DNA of 64,000 nt from Candidatus Latescibacterota bacterium (GTDB lineage Bacteria > Latescibacterota > UBA2968 > GCA-2709665): positions 3,264,001-3,328,000 of the forward strand of contig OZ220733.1 of NCBI GenBank assembly GCA_965116875.1, in the 5' to 3' direction. This document shows, piece after piece, positions 28,173 to 38,008 of this stretch. The stretch's first letter is position 1; each line of letters begins with the position of its first letter. The position numbers and the translations under genes are program-made. Below the pieces are notes generated by a model, which was not told the DNA's origin, ran no database searches, and saw only the letters and a list, made by a program, of their open reading frames with translations.

Positions 28173-30586
28173 TGCTTCTTGACCATCGTCAACCGTTCCC
28201 CGATACGCCCACGGCCGTCTTCCGGTGTTTTCATGAAAAGCAGTTCGTCGAGTTCCCCTCCGACCCATGTGTCGACAAAGTCGTCGTAATGACGGCTGCC
28301 GGGGTTGCCCGATTGGCCGCCCGGATAGACACCCCAGGCCTTTACATCAGGACCGAGGGATACGACCATTCGCCAGCAGGGTCCGTGGCCCCGGTTCGTC
28401 GCATTGACGATGTCGCGGCCGCCGCCAACGAACAGATCCATACGCGAGAGTTCGGGAATCCTCAACAGATGCCTGATATCCGCGCCTTTGTAGCGTCCCC
28501 ATTTCCATGAATCCCCCATCGGTCCCAGTCTGACGGTCAGTTCCGTGCAGGCGGACTCAAACGTACTGCGGACGAGGTCCGCCAGCGTCTCGACGGGTTC
28601 CGTCGTCGTGTTGTCGTACCACAGCGCGTCTGGCTCGTCGAGGATCAGCCTCGCCGTTCGATCCGCGGAAGGACGTTGCAGACCGGGGCCCGATCCGCTG
28701 AATTCATCGTCCCAGATTGCCCGGTAGAGTTTTCCCCACCACGTCTGGAAAACGGTTGGGGCGATCTCTTCGGCATTCGCGAAACAGTCCCAGTCCCTCA
28801 GCGTCCGGAGGACTGCCGCGTGATCGGTACTGAGTGACTGTAGATCCAGATACGCCGTCAGTACGGGCAGCAGGGCCCGGGCGCGGGTGTGCTTTGTGTC
28901 GAGCTGCAGTTTTCGGAAGTCGTCCGGTGTGACGTCCTTCATTTCGGCCAGGCGTTCGTTGATTCGACGCGCACGCAAAGGCGACGAATAGCCGTTGGCC
29001 AGCCAATACGGATAGGATTCATCCGCGGGGCGCTGGTTGGCGGAACTGACGAAGCCGCGGTCCGGATTCTTGACGTGCGGTTTGTGGGCGTGGGGTATCC
29101 AGTCCTGCCAATCATGGAGGGGGTCCGATCCGTCTGCGATGAAGGCGCCCTGGCCTTCCCATCTTACCGGGAATCGGCCGTTGTGCCAGATTGCAATATT
29201 GCCCTGTTTGTCGGCGTAGGCGAAATTCTGCCCGGGAGCGGTGAGGTGCGGGAGCGCCGCGACGAAATCGGCGTAGCCGCGCGCGGAATTGAGGCGGTGG
29301 CATGCCAGCCACTCGTTTCCACCGTCGTGAGCCGTCCAGCGGAACGCATGAAGTTCCGGCACCCGCGAATCGGATGGCCTGTAGCTGGAGTCCCATACAA
29401 CCGGTCCGTGATGTGTGTAGCGCACGGTATCGCGAAAGGTCTCGCCGCCACGAACGCTGAATTCTTCGACGACGGTTTCCACCGGAAGCCACCTGCCGCC
29501 GTGGCGATATTCCTGAAGCGTGTCGTCCTTGAACGTGATCTTGTACCAGTCGGTTACGTCCGTTCCCGCGTTCGTGAACCCCCAGGCGATATGCCGGTTG
29601 AATCCGATAACCACGCCCGGCCCGCCAGGAAGGGATACGCCATACACGTTGACGGTGGGTCCGGCGAGTTGAATCTCGTACCACAGCGACGGCAGAGAAA
29701 GGCCAAGGTGCGGATCGTTCGCCAATATGGGATACCCGCTGGCGGTCCTGGTTCCGGAGACGGCCCAGTTGTTGCTTCCAATCCCGCTGCCTGTTCCCGT
29801 GCCGATCGACCCCCGGATGAGTGACGTATCCGGCCGGATGACTCTTCGGGGCTCGAAGTCCCACGAAGTTTCCCGGGGGATTATTGTGTTGTCGCCGGGT
29901 GGATACGAAAACAGGTCCCGCACAACCTCCTTGCCGAACCGGTCGAGCGTGTTGTTCATCCTCAGGTCCGAATTCCGGCCGCTCAGTATCCAGGCCATGG
30001 ACTTGATCAGGATCGCGCATTTCAATGGCGTCCAGGGCTCGGGGGCGTAGCCCAGCAGTTTGTACTCAATGGGGAAATCTCTCTTGCGCAGGCTGCTGAT
30101 GTAAGCATTGACCCCGCTTGTGTACGCGGTGACGGAAAGCCGGGTTTCCGGCTCGGCCATGATTTCCCTGAGCGTATTCCGTGCGCCGTAAACCAGGCCG
30201 ACCCGCCGCTGGTACCGGTCGCGATCGAGTGCGCCGGCTCCAAGGATCTCCGCAAGGCGCCCGCCCGCCGCGGCAGTCTGAAATTCCATCTGCCAGAGAC
30301 GATCTTTTGCCGTAATGTACCCCTGGGCGAAAAACAGGTCCCGGTCGTTCTTTGCGAAGATATGCGGCACCCGGCGTTCGTCATAGAGGACCGTGACGGG
30401 TTCGAGCAGTCCCTCGAGCCGCAGTTCGCCGTCCGCCGGCGGGTCGTGCGTTTCGGTATTCTGCCAGAAACCGTGGAATGGACTCAGGAATCTACCCGCG
30501 GCGGGAAACCCGCCCATTCGGGCATCCAGAGCCAGAACGACGATCACGGTTATGCCGGCCGAAGCGATGAATTTGATTAAAGGCAT
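28169..30586 (-). CDS. Penicillin acylase family Ntn-hydrolase (peptidase S45)
   Basis: YDERRVPHI, AQGYITAKDRLWQME, GSNNWAVSG (catalytic Ser), LANDPHL, PGGQSGNPGSRHYDD. Confidence 0.9.
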   Translation of the reverse strand: MPLIKFIASAGITVIVVLALDARMGGFPAAGRFLSPFHGFWQNTETHDPPADGELRLEGLLEPVTVLYDERRVPHIFAKNDRDLFFAQGYITAKDRLWQMEFQTAAAGGRLAEILGAGALDRDRYQRRVGLVYGARNTLREIMAEPETRLSVTAYTSGVNAYISSLRKRDFPIEYKLLGYAPEPWTPLKCAILIKSMAWILSGRNSDLRMNNTLDRFGKEVVRDLFSYPPGDNTIIPRETSWDFEPRRVIRPDTSLIRGSIGTGTGSGIGSNNWAVSGTRTASGYPILANDPHLGLSLPSLWYEIQLAGPTVNVYGVSLPGGPGVVIGFNRHIAWGFTNAGTDVTDWYKITFKDDTLQEYRHGGRWLPVETVVEEFSVRGGETFRDTVRYTHHGPVVWDSSYRPSDSRVPELHAFRWTAHDGGNEWLACHRLNSARGYADFVAALPHLTAPGQNFAYADKQGNIAIWHNGRFPVRWEGQGAFIADGSDPLHDWQDWIPHAHKPHVKNPDRGFVSSANQRPADESYPYWLANGYSSPLRARRINERLAEMKDVTPDDFRKLQLDTKHTRARALLPVLTAYLDLQSLSTDHAAVLRTLRDWDCFANAEEIAPTVFQTWWGKLYRAIWDDEFSGSGPGLQRPSADRTARLILDEPDALWYDNTTTEPVETLADLVRSTFESACTELTVRLGPMGDSWKWGRYKGADIRHLLRIPELSRMDLFVGGGRDIVNATNRGHGPCWRMVVSLGPDVKAWGVYPGGQSGNPGSRHYDDFVDTWVGGELDELLFMKTPEDGRGRIGERLTMVKKQ

Positions 30587-30598
30587 AAGGCTGAAAAC

Positions 30599-30750
30599 CG
30601 GTGAGACGTGAGCCGGGAGACGGGAGAGATTACCTGCCTTGTGAGGTTTCTTCTCGTGCCGGAGGCAAGGATTGATAAGATGTCGGGCAAGGATTTCTTC
30701 TCCCGTCTAACCTCTACCTTCTCACCGCCTTTTGGCGACCGGCCGGTCGC
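30599..30750. repeat. Dispersed element family B copy followed by a REP palindrome
   Basis: CGGTGAG...CTCACCG inverted ends, same core as 26811-26940; GGCGACCGGCCGGTCGC at 30734. Confidence 0.75.
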
Positions 30751-30787
30751 ACGACCGTCAGATACTTCCTTCGCGCAGGTTGGTGGC

Positions 30788-31243
30788 TTACCCGGATCGA
30801 CCGTCCTGTACCGGAATCCCCTTTGACTCCGCGAATGCCGTGACCGCCTCGATAATCTGCGGTTTGATGATCTGGTTGTCGCTATAACTCATTCCACCGA
30901 AGTTTATATCCACGCGTTTACCGTTGGCGAGGATGAATTCGGCCTTCTTCGCCTTGAGATGAATCTCCTCGATGGAAGCCGAGGGGAGGTTGTGGTGCCG
31001 AAATAAGCCTCTTTCGATTTCCAGACTTGCACCCTTAAATGCTATGACATGCTTGTCCATCCGTTGTACGAGGCCGACAGAAATCAAGATAATCAGACCC
31101 CCAACAGATTGAATGGCGCCTAATGTGGTGCTATTTTCGAAACTGAAGAGGCCCATAACGATGAATATTACGCCCATTGCTGTCTGGACCACGAGAAATG
31201 CGCGCGTCACGGGTACGGTAAGGTCAAACGTCCGCTCTTCCAT
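30788..31243 (-). CDS. Hypothetical membrane protein (2 TM plus PH-like domain)
   Basis: ATG 31243 after AAGGAGG; MEERTFDLTVPV; paralog at 33325-33738. Confidence 0.65.
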   Translation of the reverse strand: MEERTFDLTVPVTRAFLVVQTAMGVIFIVMGLFSFENSTTLGAIQSVGGLIILISVGLVQRMDKHVIAFKGASLEIERGLFRHHNLPSASIEEIHLKAKKAEFILANGKRVDINFGGMSYSDNQIIKPQIIEAVTAFAESKGIPVQDGRSG

Positions 31244-31544
31244 GGAGTCGTCCTCCTTTTCGGTACGAACTGTGGGGAACTGATCATGTGGGTCCAGGCG
31301 CGATACGATGTCGATCCACTCGTTGTCCGGAGCCAGGGCTGCTTCAGCCCGGACACATCGGATGCGATCTACCGGATAATATAAGCCCGTAGTCCACAAA
31401 GCGAGAACCAAAGATTCAGCGGCTGTCGCACTCAAATGGCCCGTGTAAGGTAAGTTATCTTTCTCGATCCACGCTTCGTACCTATATTGTGGGATCGTAA
31501 GGCGACGCTCGGGCTCAGATCACGAACTTTCTGAAAAGACACCC

Positions 31545-32450
31545 ATGAAATACCGGTTTTACATCCTGGATGTTTTCACCCGGACGGCATTCGGGGGAAA
31601 TCAACTCGCGGTTTTGCCGGACGCGAGGAGTCTCAGCGCGGACGGCATGCAGAAGGTCGCTCGCGAGTTCAATTTTTCGGAAACCACGTTCGTATTTCCG
31701 CCCGAAAGCGATTCCGCGACAGCCCGGGTGCGAATTTTTACGCCTGCGGCCGAGGTGGATTTTGCAGGCCATCCCACCGTCGGAACGGCATGCGCCCTCC
31801 GCTATGGGGGCCATACGGATTCGGATCTCATTGTTCTGGAAGAAAACGTCGGTTGCATTCCCGTGAGGATCTCGAATGAGGACGGCGTATTGTACGGCAC
31901 CCTGACCAGCGATGCGCCCCTCGATTACTCAGCGGAAGGAACCTCGACCGCGACCCTTGCGGAAATCCTTTCCCTCGACAGGGACGACGTCCTCGACGGG
32001 TTCTTCGCGGGCGTTGGACTGGACTTCTGTTTTGCGTACCTGGTGTCGAAAGTGGCCGTTGACCGCGCATCGTTGGACAAACAGGCGTGGGGCAGACTGC
32101 TTTCCGATGCACGGTCTTCGGATATCTATTTCTTCGCGGGTGAACTGGAATCCGGAGCGGAGATCTACGCGAGAATGTCTGCGCCCTCACATGGGATTGA
32201 CGAGGACCCGGCCACGGGCAGCGCGGTTGCGGCACTGGTGGGCGTTGCGGGACTGAGAAGCGGGATCCAATCGGGCGCGGTGGAATTGTCGGTAACGCAG
32301 GGCGTGAAGATGGGCCGCCCCAGCAGGATGGACGCGGCAGCCCGGCTGCGTAACGGAAACGTTGTTTCCGTCGACGTGGGCGGTTCTGCCGTATTGACCG
32401 CTGCGGGTGAGATCGAGGTCGGTGACGAATGGCTTCAGGACGAGAGGTGA
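31545..32450 (+). CDS. PhzF/DapF-like isomerase family protein
   Basis: [54 protein letters not shown]. Confidence 0.9.
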   Translation: MKYRFYILDVFTRTAFGGNQLAVLPDARSLSADGMQKVAREFNFSETTFVFPPESDSATARVRIFTPAAEVDFAGHPTVGTACALRYGGHTDSDLIVLEENVGCIPVRISNEDGVLYGTLTSDAPLDYSAEGTSTATLAEILSLDRDDVLDGFFAGVGLDFCFAYLVSKVAVDRASLDKQAWGRLLSDARSSDIYFFAGELESGAEIYARMSAPSHGIDEDPATGSAVAALVGVAGLRSGIQSGAVELSVTQGVKMGRPSRMDAAARLRNGNVVSVDVGGSAVLTAAGEIEVGDEWLQDER

Positions 32451-32457
32451 TTGGGTG

Positions 32458-33216
32458 ATGCGGATCCTGATCGTCGACGGATGGACCCAGGAAGGAAACC
32501 TGTCCCATGCACACGCCGGGGTGGAGGAGCAGGCTCGTGTCTTCGAGGCGCTGGTTCGGGAATGCCGGCCAGAAGCGGAGATTCGGATCGTCGATACGCA
32601 CGTTGACTCAGAACAGTCGGACCAGGATTTCAGTGGGTTCGACGCGGCGATCTGGACGGGCGGGGGCGGCAATATCTACGAAAACGTTCCGTTCAATCGC
32701 CGCCAGCTCGCGTTGGGCGAACGTGTGCTGGCTGACGTGCCCCACGTCTGGGGAAGCTGCTGGGGGTTTCAGGTCATCACAACCGTCTGCGGCGGGGAGG
32801 TGGCGCCCGCCCGGACACCGGAGATCGGCATCGCAAGAGGTATCTCAACTCGATCGCTGGATTTCGCCGAGACCATGTATCGCGGCAAGCCGCGGCCATT
32901 CGATGCGCCAGCCCATCATTTCGACGAAACCGCCCGGCTGCCGCGGGAGTTCGAGATTGTCGCTGAAAATGCGACAACGCTGCAGGCCGTCGTATCAAAG
33001 GACCGTCGCATCACATGCACGCAATACCATCCCGAACTGCCCTATGACTACATTGGCAAGCTCATGCTGCACTGGGCGCCGAATTACACGTCGATGTTCG
33101 CGGAGGATGACTTCCGGAACCTGCTGGCGGGTTTGAAGAAGAAAGAGAAGGAAGAAAAAAGCTTCAGGAAGATCGAATTCAGAAACTGGCTTGAATACGT
33201 GAGGAGGAGCAGGTAA
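32458..33216 (+). CDS. Class I glutamine amidotransferase-like protein
   Basis: ATG 32458; nucleophile elbow WGSCWGFQ; QYHPE. Confidence 0.85.
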   Translation: MRILIVDGWTQEGNLSHAHAGVEEQARVFEALVRECRPEAEIRIVDTHVDSEQSDQDFSGFDAAIWTGGGGNIYENVPFNRRQLALGERVLADVPHVWGSCWGFQVITTVCGGEVAPARTPEIGIARGISTRSLDFAETMYRGKPRPFDAPAHHFDETARLPREFEIVAENATTLQAVVSKDRRITCTQYHPELPYDYIGKLMLHWAPNYTSMFAEDDFRNLLAGLKKKEKEEKSFRKIEFRNWLEYVRRSR

Positions 33217-33269
33217 GGTCGCTTGATTCAGAAACCGGAAAAGGACCTCTCTCGTAGCCCCATTGAGGG

Positions 33270-33382
33270 AGCTATCAGCTGTCAGCAATCAGCTTGAACC
33301 GGTCTGCGATACGGATCGGCAATATCAATCACCGAAATTCTGTCCCTGTGTGGGAATTGTAGGGGCGACCGGCCGGTCGCCC
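33270..33382. repeat. Heptamer block plus GTAG-type REP
   Basis: GCTATCAGCTGTCAGCAATCAGC; GTAGGGGCGACCGGCCGGTCGCCC at 33359-33382. Confidence 0.75.
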
Positions 33383-33738
33383 GCCTTGTAGCACGATCGT
33401 TTCACGTTCTTCCCATCCTTGAGCACAATCTCCAATTTCATCAGATGTATTTCTATTTCAGAAATTGACGCCCAGGGGATTTTTCGCGTCCTGACGAGCG
33501 CTCTGTCCAAAGTCAAATGCGAAACGTCAAACGCAATCACATACCGGTTCAGGCGAGGCAATACGAAAAACGAAGAGCAAAAAAACAAACCGAAGGCGAT
33601 CTGTACGACGCCCAGCACGCCGTCACCCCGCTCAATGCTGAAGGCGCCACTGGCAACCTGGATTGCGCTAAAAACGCTCCAACATGCTAATAATAATCGG
33701 GATACGGGTACGGAAAGATCGAAGGTTCGTGATTCCAT
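33325..33738 (-). CDS. Paralog of the 30788-31243 protein; C-terminus replaced by REP-derived sequence (possibly truncated)
   Basis: MESRTFDLSVPV...SISEIEIHL...IVLKDGKNV, then GDRPVAPT translated from the REP. Confidence 0.55.
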   Translation of the reverse strand: MESRTFDLSVPVSRLLLACWSVFSAIQVASGAFSIERGDGVLGVVQIAFGLFFCSSFFVLPRLNRYVIAFDVSHLTLDRALVRTRKIPWASISEIEIHLMKLEIVLKDGKNVKRSCYKAGDRPVAPTIPTQGQNFGD

Positions 33739-34277
33739 GACTATGTAGTCCTCTTCCGCGCGGTGATTCAGCCAGATGCGACCACGGCTGGTCGCCAAGC
33801 GAATTTCTTGGCCGGGATTGAACTGAGTCGTGCCCTATGAGAGTCCATAGACTCGGCCGATACCAAAATAAGTGGAAGAGATCGAACTGAGAGCCAGATA
33901 TTGTGTGGTCGGCTTCGGGCAAGAGCTGATTCGTGAAAACGCTACAATGGGATAAGAAAGAAAACGGTCCGGAGGACTCGCATTGAGTTTTGGATCGTTT
34001 GATAGAGTGACAAACGCCTTCGAATCATTTCGACAGCTGGGTCTATACCTACTGCGCTACTATGGTAGTGTGCTCCGCTCTCAAGGGTCAATTGGGTTGA
34101 AATCTTCGTGCTGTGTGCGAAAACTTGACAACCGCTGGTCGGCATCATATCTTCAGTTAAATTACAACAGATAACGGAACTTACAAGCATGCAACAGGCC
34201 TAGTTCGGAAAAATCTAAGGCTTGTGCGTTACGATTGGTATGCAGATGTCCCGATTTGCATTGGATGGAGGATTAGT

Positions 34278-35369
34278 ATGAGCGACCAAGATGAACAACT
34301 AATCCAACACATCGTGGATATTCGCAATAGACTTAGTCAGGGCGAATACGACAGTGAGGCGGCCGTTAGTAACGGTGTTGTCAAGCGGCTGCTCGAGGCG
34401 GTCGGTTGGCCACGGTATGATCAGCAGGTCGTGCGCCATGAGTTCCCGATTGAAACCAGAAAGGTCGACTTCGCGCTCTGTGACCCACCCGGTGAGCCTC
34501 GTGTCTTGATAGAAGTGAAGGCAGTGGGTTCGGCCGATCAGAAAGGAGAAGACCAACTCTTCCAATATTGCTTTCGTAGAGGTGTAAAACTAGCAATCCT
34601 CACGGACGGACGCACCTGGAAGTTCTATTTTCCGTACGGCGGAGGAGAATATAGTGATAGGCTGTTTCGCAGTTTGGACATTGCTGCCGAGGACGATACC
34701 ACAACTGCTGAGACGTTTATGTGGTTTCTCGCCATCGATGCTGTCAAGTCGGGTGTCACATTTGATAGATGTGAGGAGGCGTATGCAGAATGCCAGTCTC
34801 AGCGCAGAGCGGCCGAAGCATTTGGTTCTGTATGGAATTCCCTGCTTTGTGGATCCGATAAAGGACTCGTGGACATATTTGCCAGAAAAGTCGAAGAAGA
34901 CACTGGAATTCGACCGAAACAACAAACGGTTGTCGAGTTTATAAGGAGGCAAGCCACACAACGATCTGCGGAAACGCACGAATTGACGGGCGGCCCTTCC
35001 CAAAGTGAAACCAGCACAATCCCCTCCTCTCCGTTTTATCGTCTGAACGGTATCACGGTAAATGGTCGGACTGCAAGGGATGTCTATGTCGGAATCTTTC
35101 GGAAATTTGCAGAACAAGACACCAACTTCTGCCAGCGTTATGATAGCACTCAAAAAAAGGGTGGCAAGCGTCTCCAACTTGCGAGGCGCGCGGAGGACCT
35201 GTATCCTGCGGGTTCTAAGTTAGCCCAAAAGGAAGCCTGCGAATTGCCAGGCGGATGGTGGCTGGCGACCAATCTCGATAACGATCAGAAGAAGAAGCGA
35301 ATTCAACGTGCATGCGACGTGATGGGAATTAAGTACGGACGCGAATTAATCGTTTCCCTATCCAAATAG
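34278..35369 (+). CDS. PD-(D/E)XK nuclease (HsdR N-terminal-like) fused to a SeqA-C-like domain
   Basis: ATG 34278 after GGAGG; RKVDFAL...IEVK...QLFQY; ILTDGRTWKFY; C-terminal ELPGGWWLATNLD. Confidence 0.7.
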   Translation: MSDQDEQLIQHIVDIRNRLSQGEYDSEAAVSNGVVKRLLEAVGWPRYDQQVVRHEFPIETRKVDFALCDPPGEPRVLIEVKAVGSADQKGEDQLFQYCFRRGVKLAILTDGRTWKFYFPYGGGEYSDRLFRSLDIAAEDDTTTAETFMWFLAIDAVKSGVTFDRCEEAYAECQSQRRAAEAFGSVWNSLLCGSDKGLVDIFARKVEEDTGIRPKQQTVVEFIRRQATQRSAETHELTGGPSQSETSTIPSSPFYRLNGITVNGRTARDVYVGIFRKFAEQDTNFCQRYDSTQKKGGKRLQLARRAEDLYPAGSKLAQKEACELPGGWWLATNLDNDQKKKRIQRACDVMGIKYGRELIVSLSK

Positions 35370-35467
35370 CTTCTGAGCAGATCTGTGCGCCTGGCAAACG
35401 GTTCTTGCTAAAGGACCATTCTGATTCACTTTACTCAGGTCACGACTCGTGCAGCGAATCGTCAACG

Positions 35468-35932
35468 ATGAATCTCAGATTCTATGTGGACCCTGAAACA
35501 GGTTCCATTCACATTTACAGACATGGTGTCGAGGAACGTGAAGTCGAAGACGCAATTAGGGTGCGGGGCGAAGTCCGACCTAGAGGGGAGGGATCGCGCG
35601 TTGCAATTGGACGGACTCGCGGAGTCGATATCTCCGACCGATCGATGCGCCGGGACCCCGAACCAAACTGTGCTTATGTCATTACCGCCTACGAGTTGAT
35701 AGGTAAACGGCTAATTGCTCTATCGCAGGCGGATGAGAAGGCGAGAAAGATGAGGAACGCCAACAGGTTTCCGGATCGTTGGGACGAGGACCGTGTCCGA
35801 CGCCTTCTGGATCATTACGAATCACAGACAGAAGACGAGACAGCGGCGGAAGATGAAGCGGTATTGGAGGATCCAGACAAGACGCTGATGGAAATACCCA
35901 AGAAAATCAGCAAGAATCCAAAAATGACTTAA
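35468..35932 (+). pseudogene. Degraded toxin-antitoxin pair (BrnT/DUF4258-like toxin frameshifted into a truncated antitoxin)
   Basis: FYVDPETG.HIYRHGV.E.EVE; SRYLR and YRRRMRRRER* appear in shifted frames; antitoxin ATG 35750 (FP.WDEDRVRRLL.HYE). Confidence 0.6.
35764..35902 (+). repeat. 139-bp direct repeat, copy 1 (antitoxin core)
   Basis: About 85% identical by eye to 43884-44022; offset 8120 bp. Confidence 0.85.
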
Positions 35933-35979
35933 AAATCCCGGCACCTTGCATTGCGAAATGAACTCCCCGATCAGTAAGG

Positions 35980-36022
35980 CAAACCGCTCAGTCACAATTA
36001 AGTGACTGAGCGGTTTGTTTTT
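35980..36022 (+). terminator. Rho-independent terminator
   Basis: 16-bp perfect stem CAAACCGCTCAGTCAC / GTGACTGAGCGGTTTG followed by TTTTT. Confidence 0.75.
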
Positions 36023-36292
36023 CCAGACTGTTTAAAACCCACTGGAAAAAATTTCTATTTAGTGGCTTTGATAGAGTCTAATTATCGTCAGTTGCAATTG
36101 AAGCCGACGAAACTCCAATATGCCTCTTAATGGCTGAAAGATCATTTTTCAACGCTGAGAGATCTCTTTTAATGACCAGAACATTCTTTTCTATGGCATC
36201 AAGTCGTCCATCTATGCTTAAAGCATAACCGGCTGATCAACCTACCTTGGAGGAACAAGCATTCTGCTTTGCTTTACAATGAAAGAAACTGT

Positions 36293-38008
36293 CTATTTCG
36301 CCTTTAGCCGTAACCATTCGGACTCAGTTAGTCCAACGCGCGATAATTCCCTTCCGAATTGCTCAGCGGCACGTTGCGCATGTTCCGTTTTCAGCTCGGC
36401 TATCCACTCATAGCCCCTCTCTTCATCATCCCAAAAGACAAATCGATTTCTGTCGTCCTTCGTGGCGCAAAGCGCGTCGTCGTGAGACTTGAAGTGCGAA
36501 ACGAAAACACACGACACCTTGGGACTATGCAATAGTCGGATAAATTCGCCCATGGAGTCGTTGACGCAATGTGTAATTTTACGACCGTCTTCGGCTACAC
36601 TTAAGACATTAAATGCAAACGGTTGGCTCTTGCCTTCAATTCTTACACTGTCACACACTGGTTGGAGGCAAAGCAAGTAACGGTTATCGCCGGCCAACTC
36701 CCTAACAATCACGCCCAAATGCAATAATCTCGGAGAATCTCCATATTGTATTCTTTGACTCATTAAGGATGCGAGTTTCTCATTGCATTGAGCTGTTTGA
36801 CCATTGCCCAATAGGTACTCGACTAACTTTATGCGTCCATTTCTGTCATCCTTCCAGATGGGATTGCCGGATTCACCTTGTTCAACTAGACGCCCTACGC
36901 GGCTCCCTCTGAAACTAGAATACTCATACTGAAGATTGGGCCCGTTGCAGAACACATCTTTGACAAAATTGAGACCGTTAGCTCCTTCGCCGATCTTCAA
37001 TTCGGCATTTGTGTTTTCTTCCCAGGTTTTCTCGCACCAATCTTCAAGGATTTTTCTTACGCAAACAGCTGATCCTAGAGGCAAATCCCCCAATGTGTCA
37101 ATTAACACGGAATTGAGTTCATCGGTCAATAGGGTTACGATCTGCCGGAAAGCTTCGTCAGGAAGCAGAAGGGCACGGTGAGCCAGAAAGGGTGCATCCA
37201 ATTCTTGGTTGAATCGTGTTAGAATGCGGCGACTATTGTCGCGAATATTCGCGATCCCTCGTAGCACGATTCCCTGCAAGATACCGTTGGTAAGCTGGGA
37301 GAACTCGCGTATTGTACGCTCAGCCAATTCTGCCTCCGGCACTCGTTCATTTGAAAAATTCGGTTGAGTCACACTTCGAGGTTTTCCGAGTACAACGACC
37401 CTGGCACACTCGGTCGTAAGCACAGGTTGCTCGGATTCACAATCTACACACAGCTGGTGACGATTGAACAAGGCATCGGATATCTCTTTCGCGATTTTCT
37501 GGAGTTCTCTTTCCAGAGTGTAGACAAGCACGAGGCGCAATTGATTCGGTAAATCTGCCTGACTTAGCTTAATGAGGCTTCCAATGAGCTTGATGGCCTT
37601 ACTACCAGATGCATCTCCGAGATCCCAGTCAACAATTGTAACGTCAGCACTCGAGCATAAACCATAGACTTCTGACTCTTCATCGAAAGATGCATTTGCT
37701 GGAGGCTGATACAGCGAACAGATAATCCGCCTCTCGGCGAAACTATTCTGTACATCACGAAATGACGCCTCTTCAAGCTCCTCAGGCATTTGCCCGGCTT
37801 CATCTTCATTGCCACTCGCTTCGAATGAAGATGTTGGGCTTTTCACCGCTGGCAGGCGTCCCGCTTCCTTTGGATCATCCAGTGGCGTGGGCGGACCCCC
37901 AATCGCGTCGTCGTATATTCGATCATCAACCAAAACTACAGTCTGGAGATATTGCTCGGCAGAATCATAAACAAACTGTTTGAATGCGGAATTCTTGCTT
38001 TCAGTCAT
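36293..38008 (-). CDS. Response-receiver-like domain protein of an RM-associated conflict module
   Basis: LQTVVLVDD, ADVTIVDWDL, LRLVLVYT; C-terminal YLLCLQPVCDSVRI; overlaps the kinase gene. Confidence 0.7.
   Translation of the reverse strand: MTESKNSAFKQFVYDSAEQYLQTVVLVDDRIYDDAIGGPPTPLDDPKEAGRLPAVKSPTSSFEASGNEDEAGQMPEELEEASFRDVQNSFAERRIICSLYQPPANASFDEESEVYGLCSSADVTIVDWDLGDASGSKAIKLIGSLIKLSQADLPNQLRLVLVYTLERELQKIAKEISDALFNRHQLCVDCESEQPVLTTECARVVVLGKPRSVTQPNFSNERVPEAELAERTIREFSQLTNGILQGIVLRGIANIRDNSRRILTRFNQELDAPFLAHRALLLPDEAFRQIVTLLTDELNSVLIDTLGDLPLGSAVCVRKILEDWCEKTWEENTNAELKIGEGANGLNFVKDVFCNGPNLQYEYSSFRGSRVGRLVEQGESGNPIWKDDRNGRIKLVEYLLGNGQTAQCNEKLASLMSQRIQYGDSPRLLHLGVIVRELAGDNRYLLCLQPVCDSVRIEGKSQPFAFNVLSVAEDGRKITHCVNDSMGEFIRLLHSPKVSCVFVSHFKSHDDALCATKDDRNRFVFWDDEERGYEWIAELKTEHAQRAAEQFGRELSRVGLTESEWLRLKAK

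Noticed and set aside
28169-32450. Antibiotic resistance or phenazine biosynthesis cluster
   Set aside because: S45 acylases and PhzF-like proteins are broad families; no other phz or resistance genes are present
35940-36160. tRNA/tmRNA-derived att site or a third MITE near the island hairpin
   Set aside because: No cloverleaf or T-arm consensus; the putative inverted ends are too weak to support
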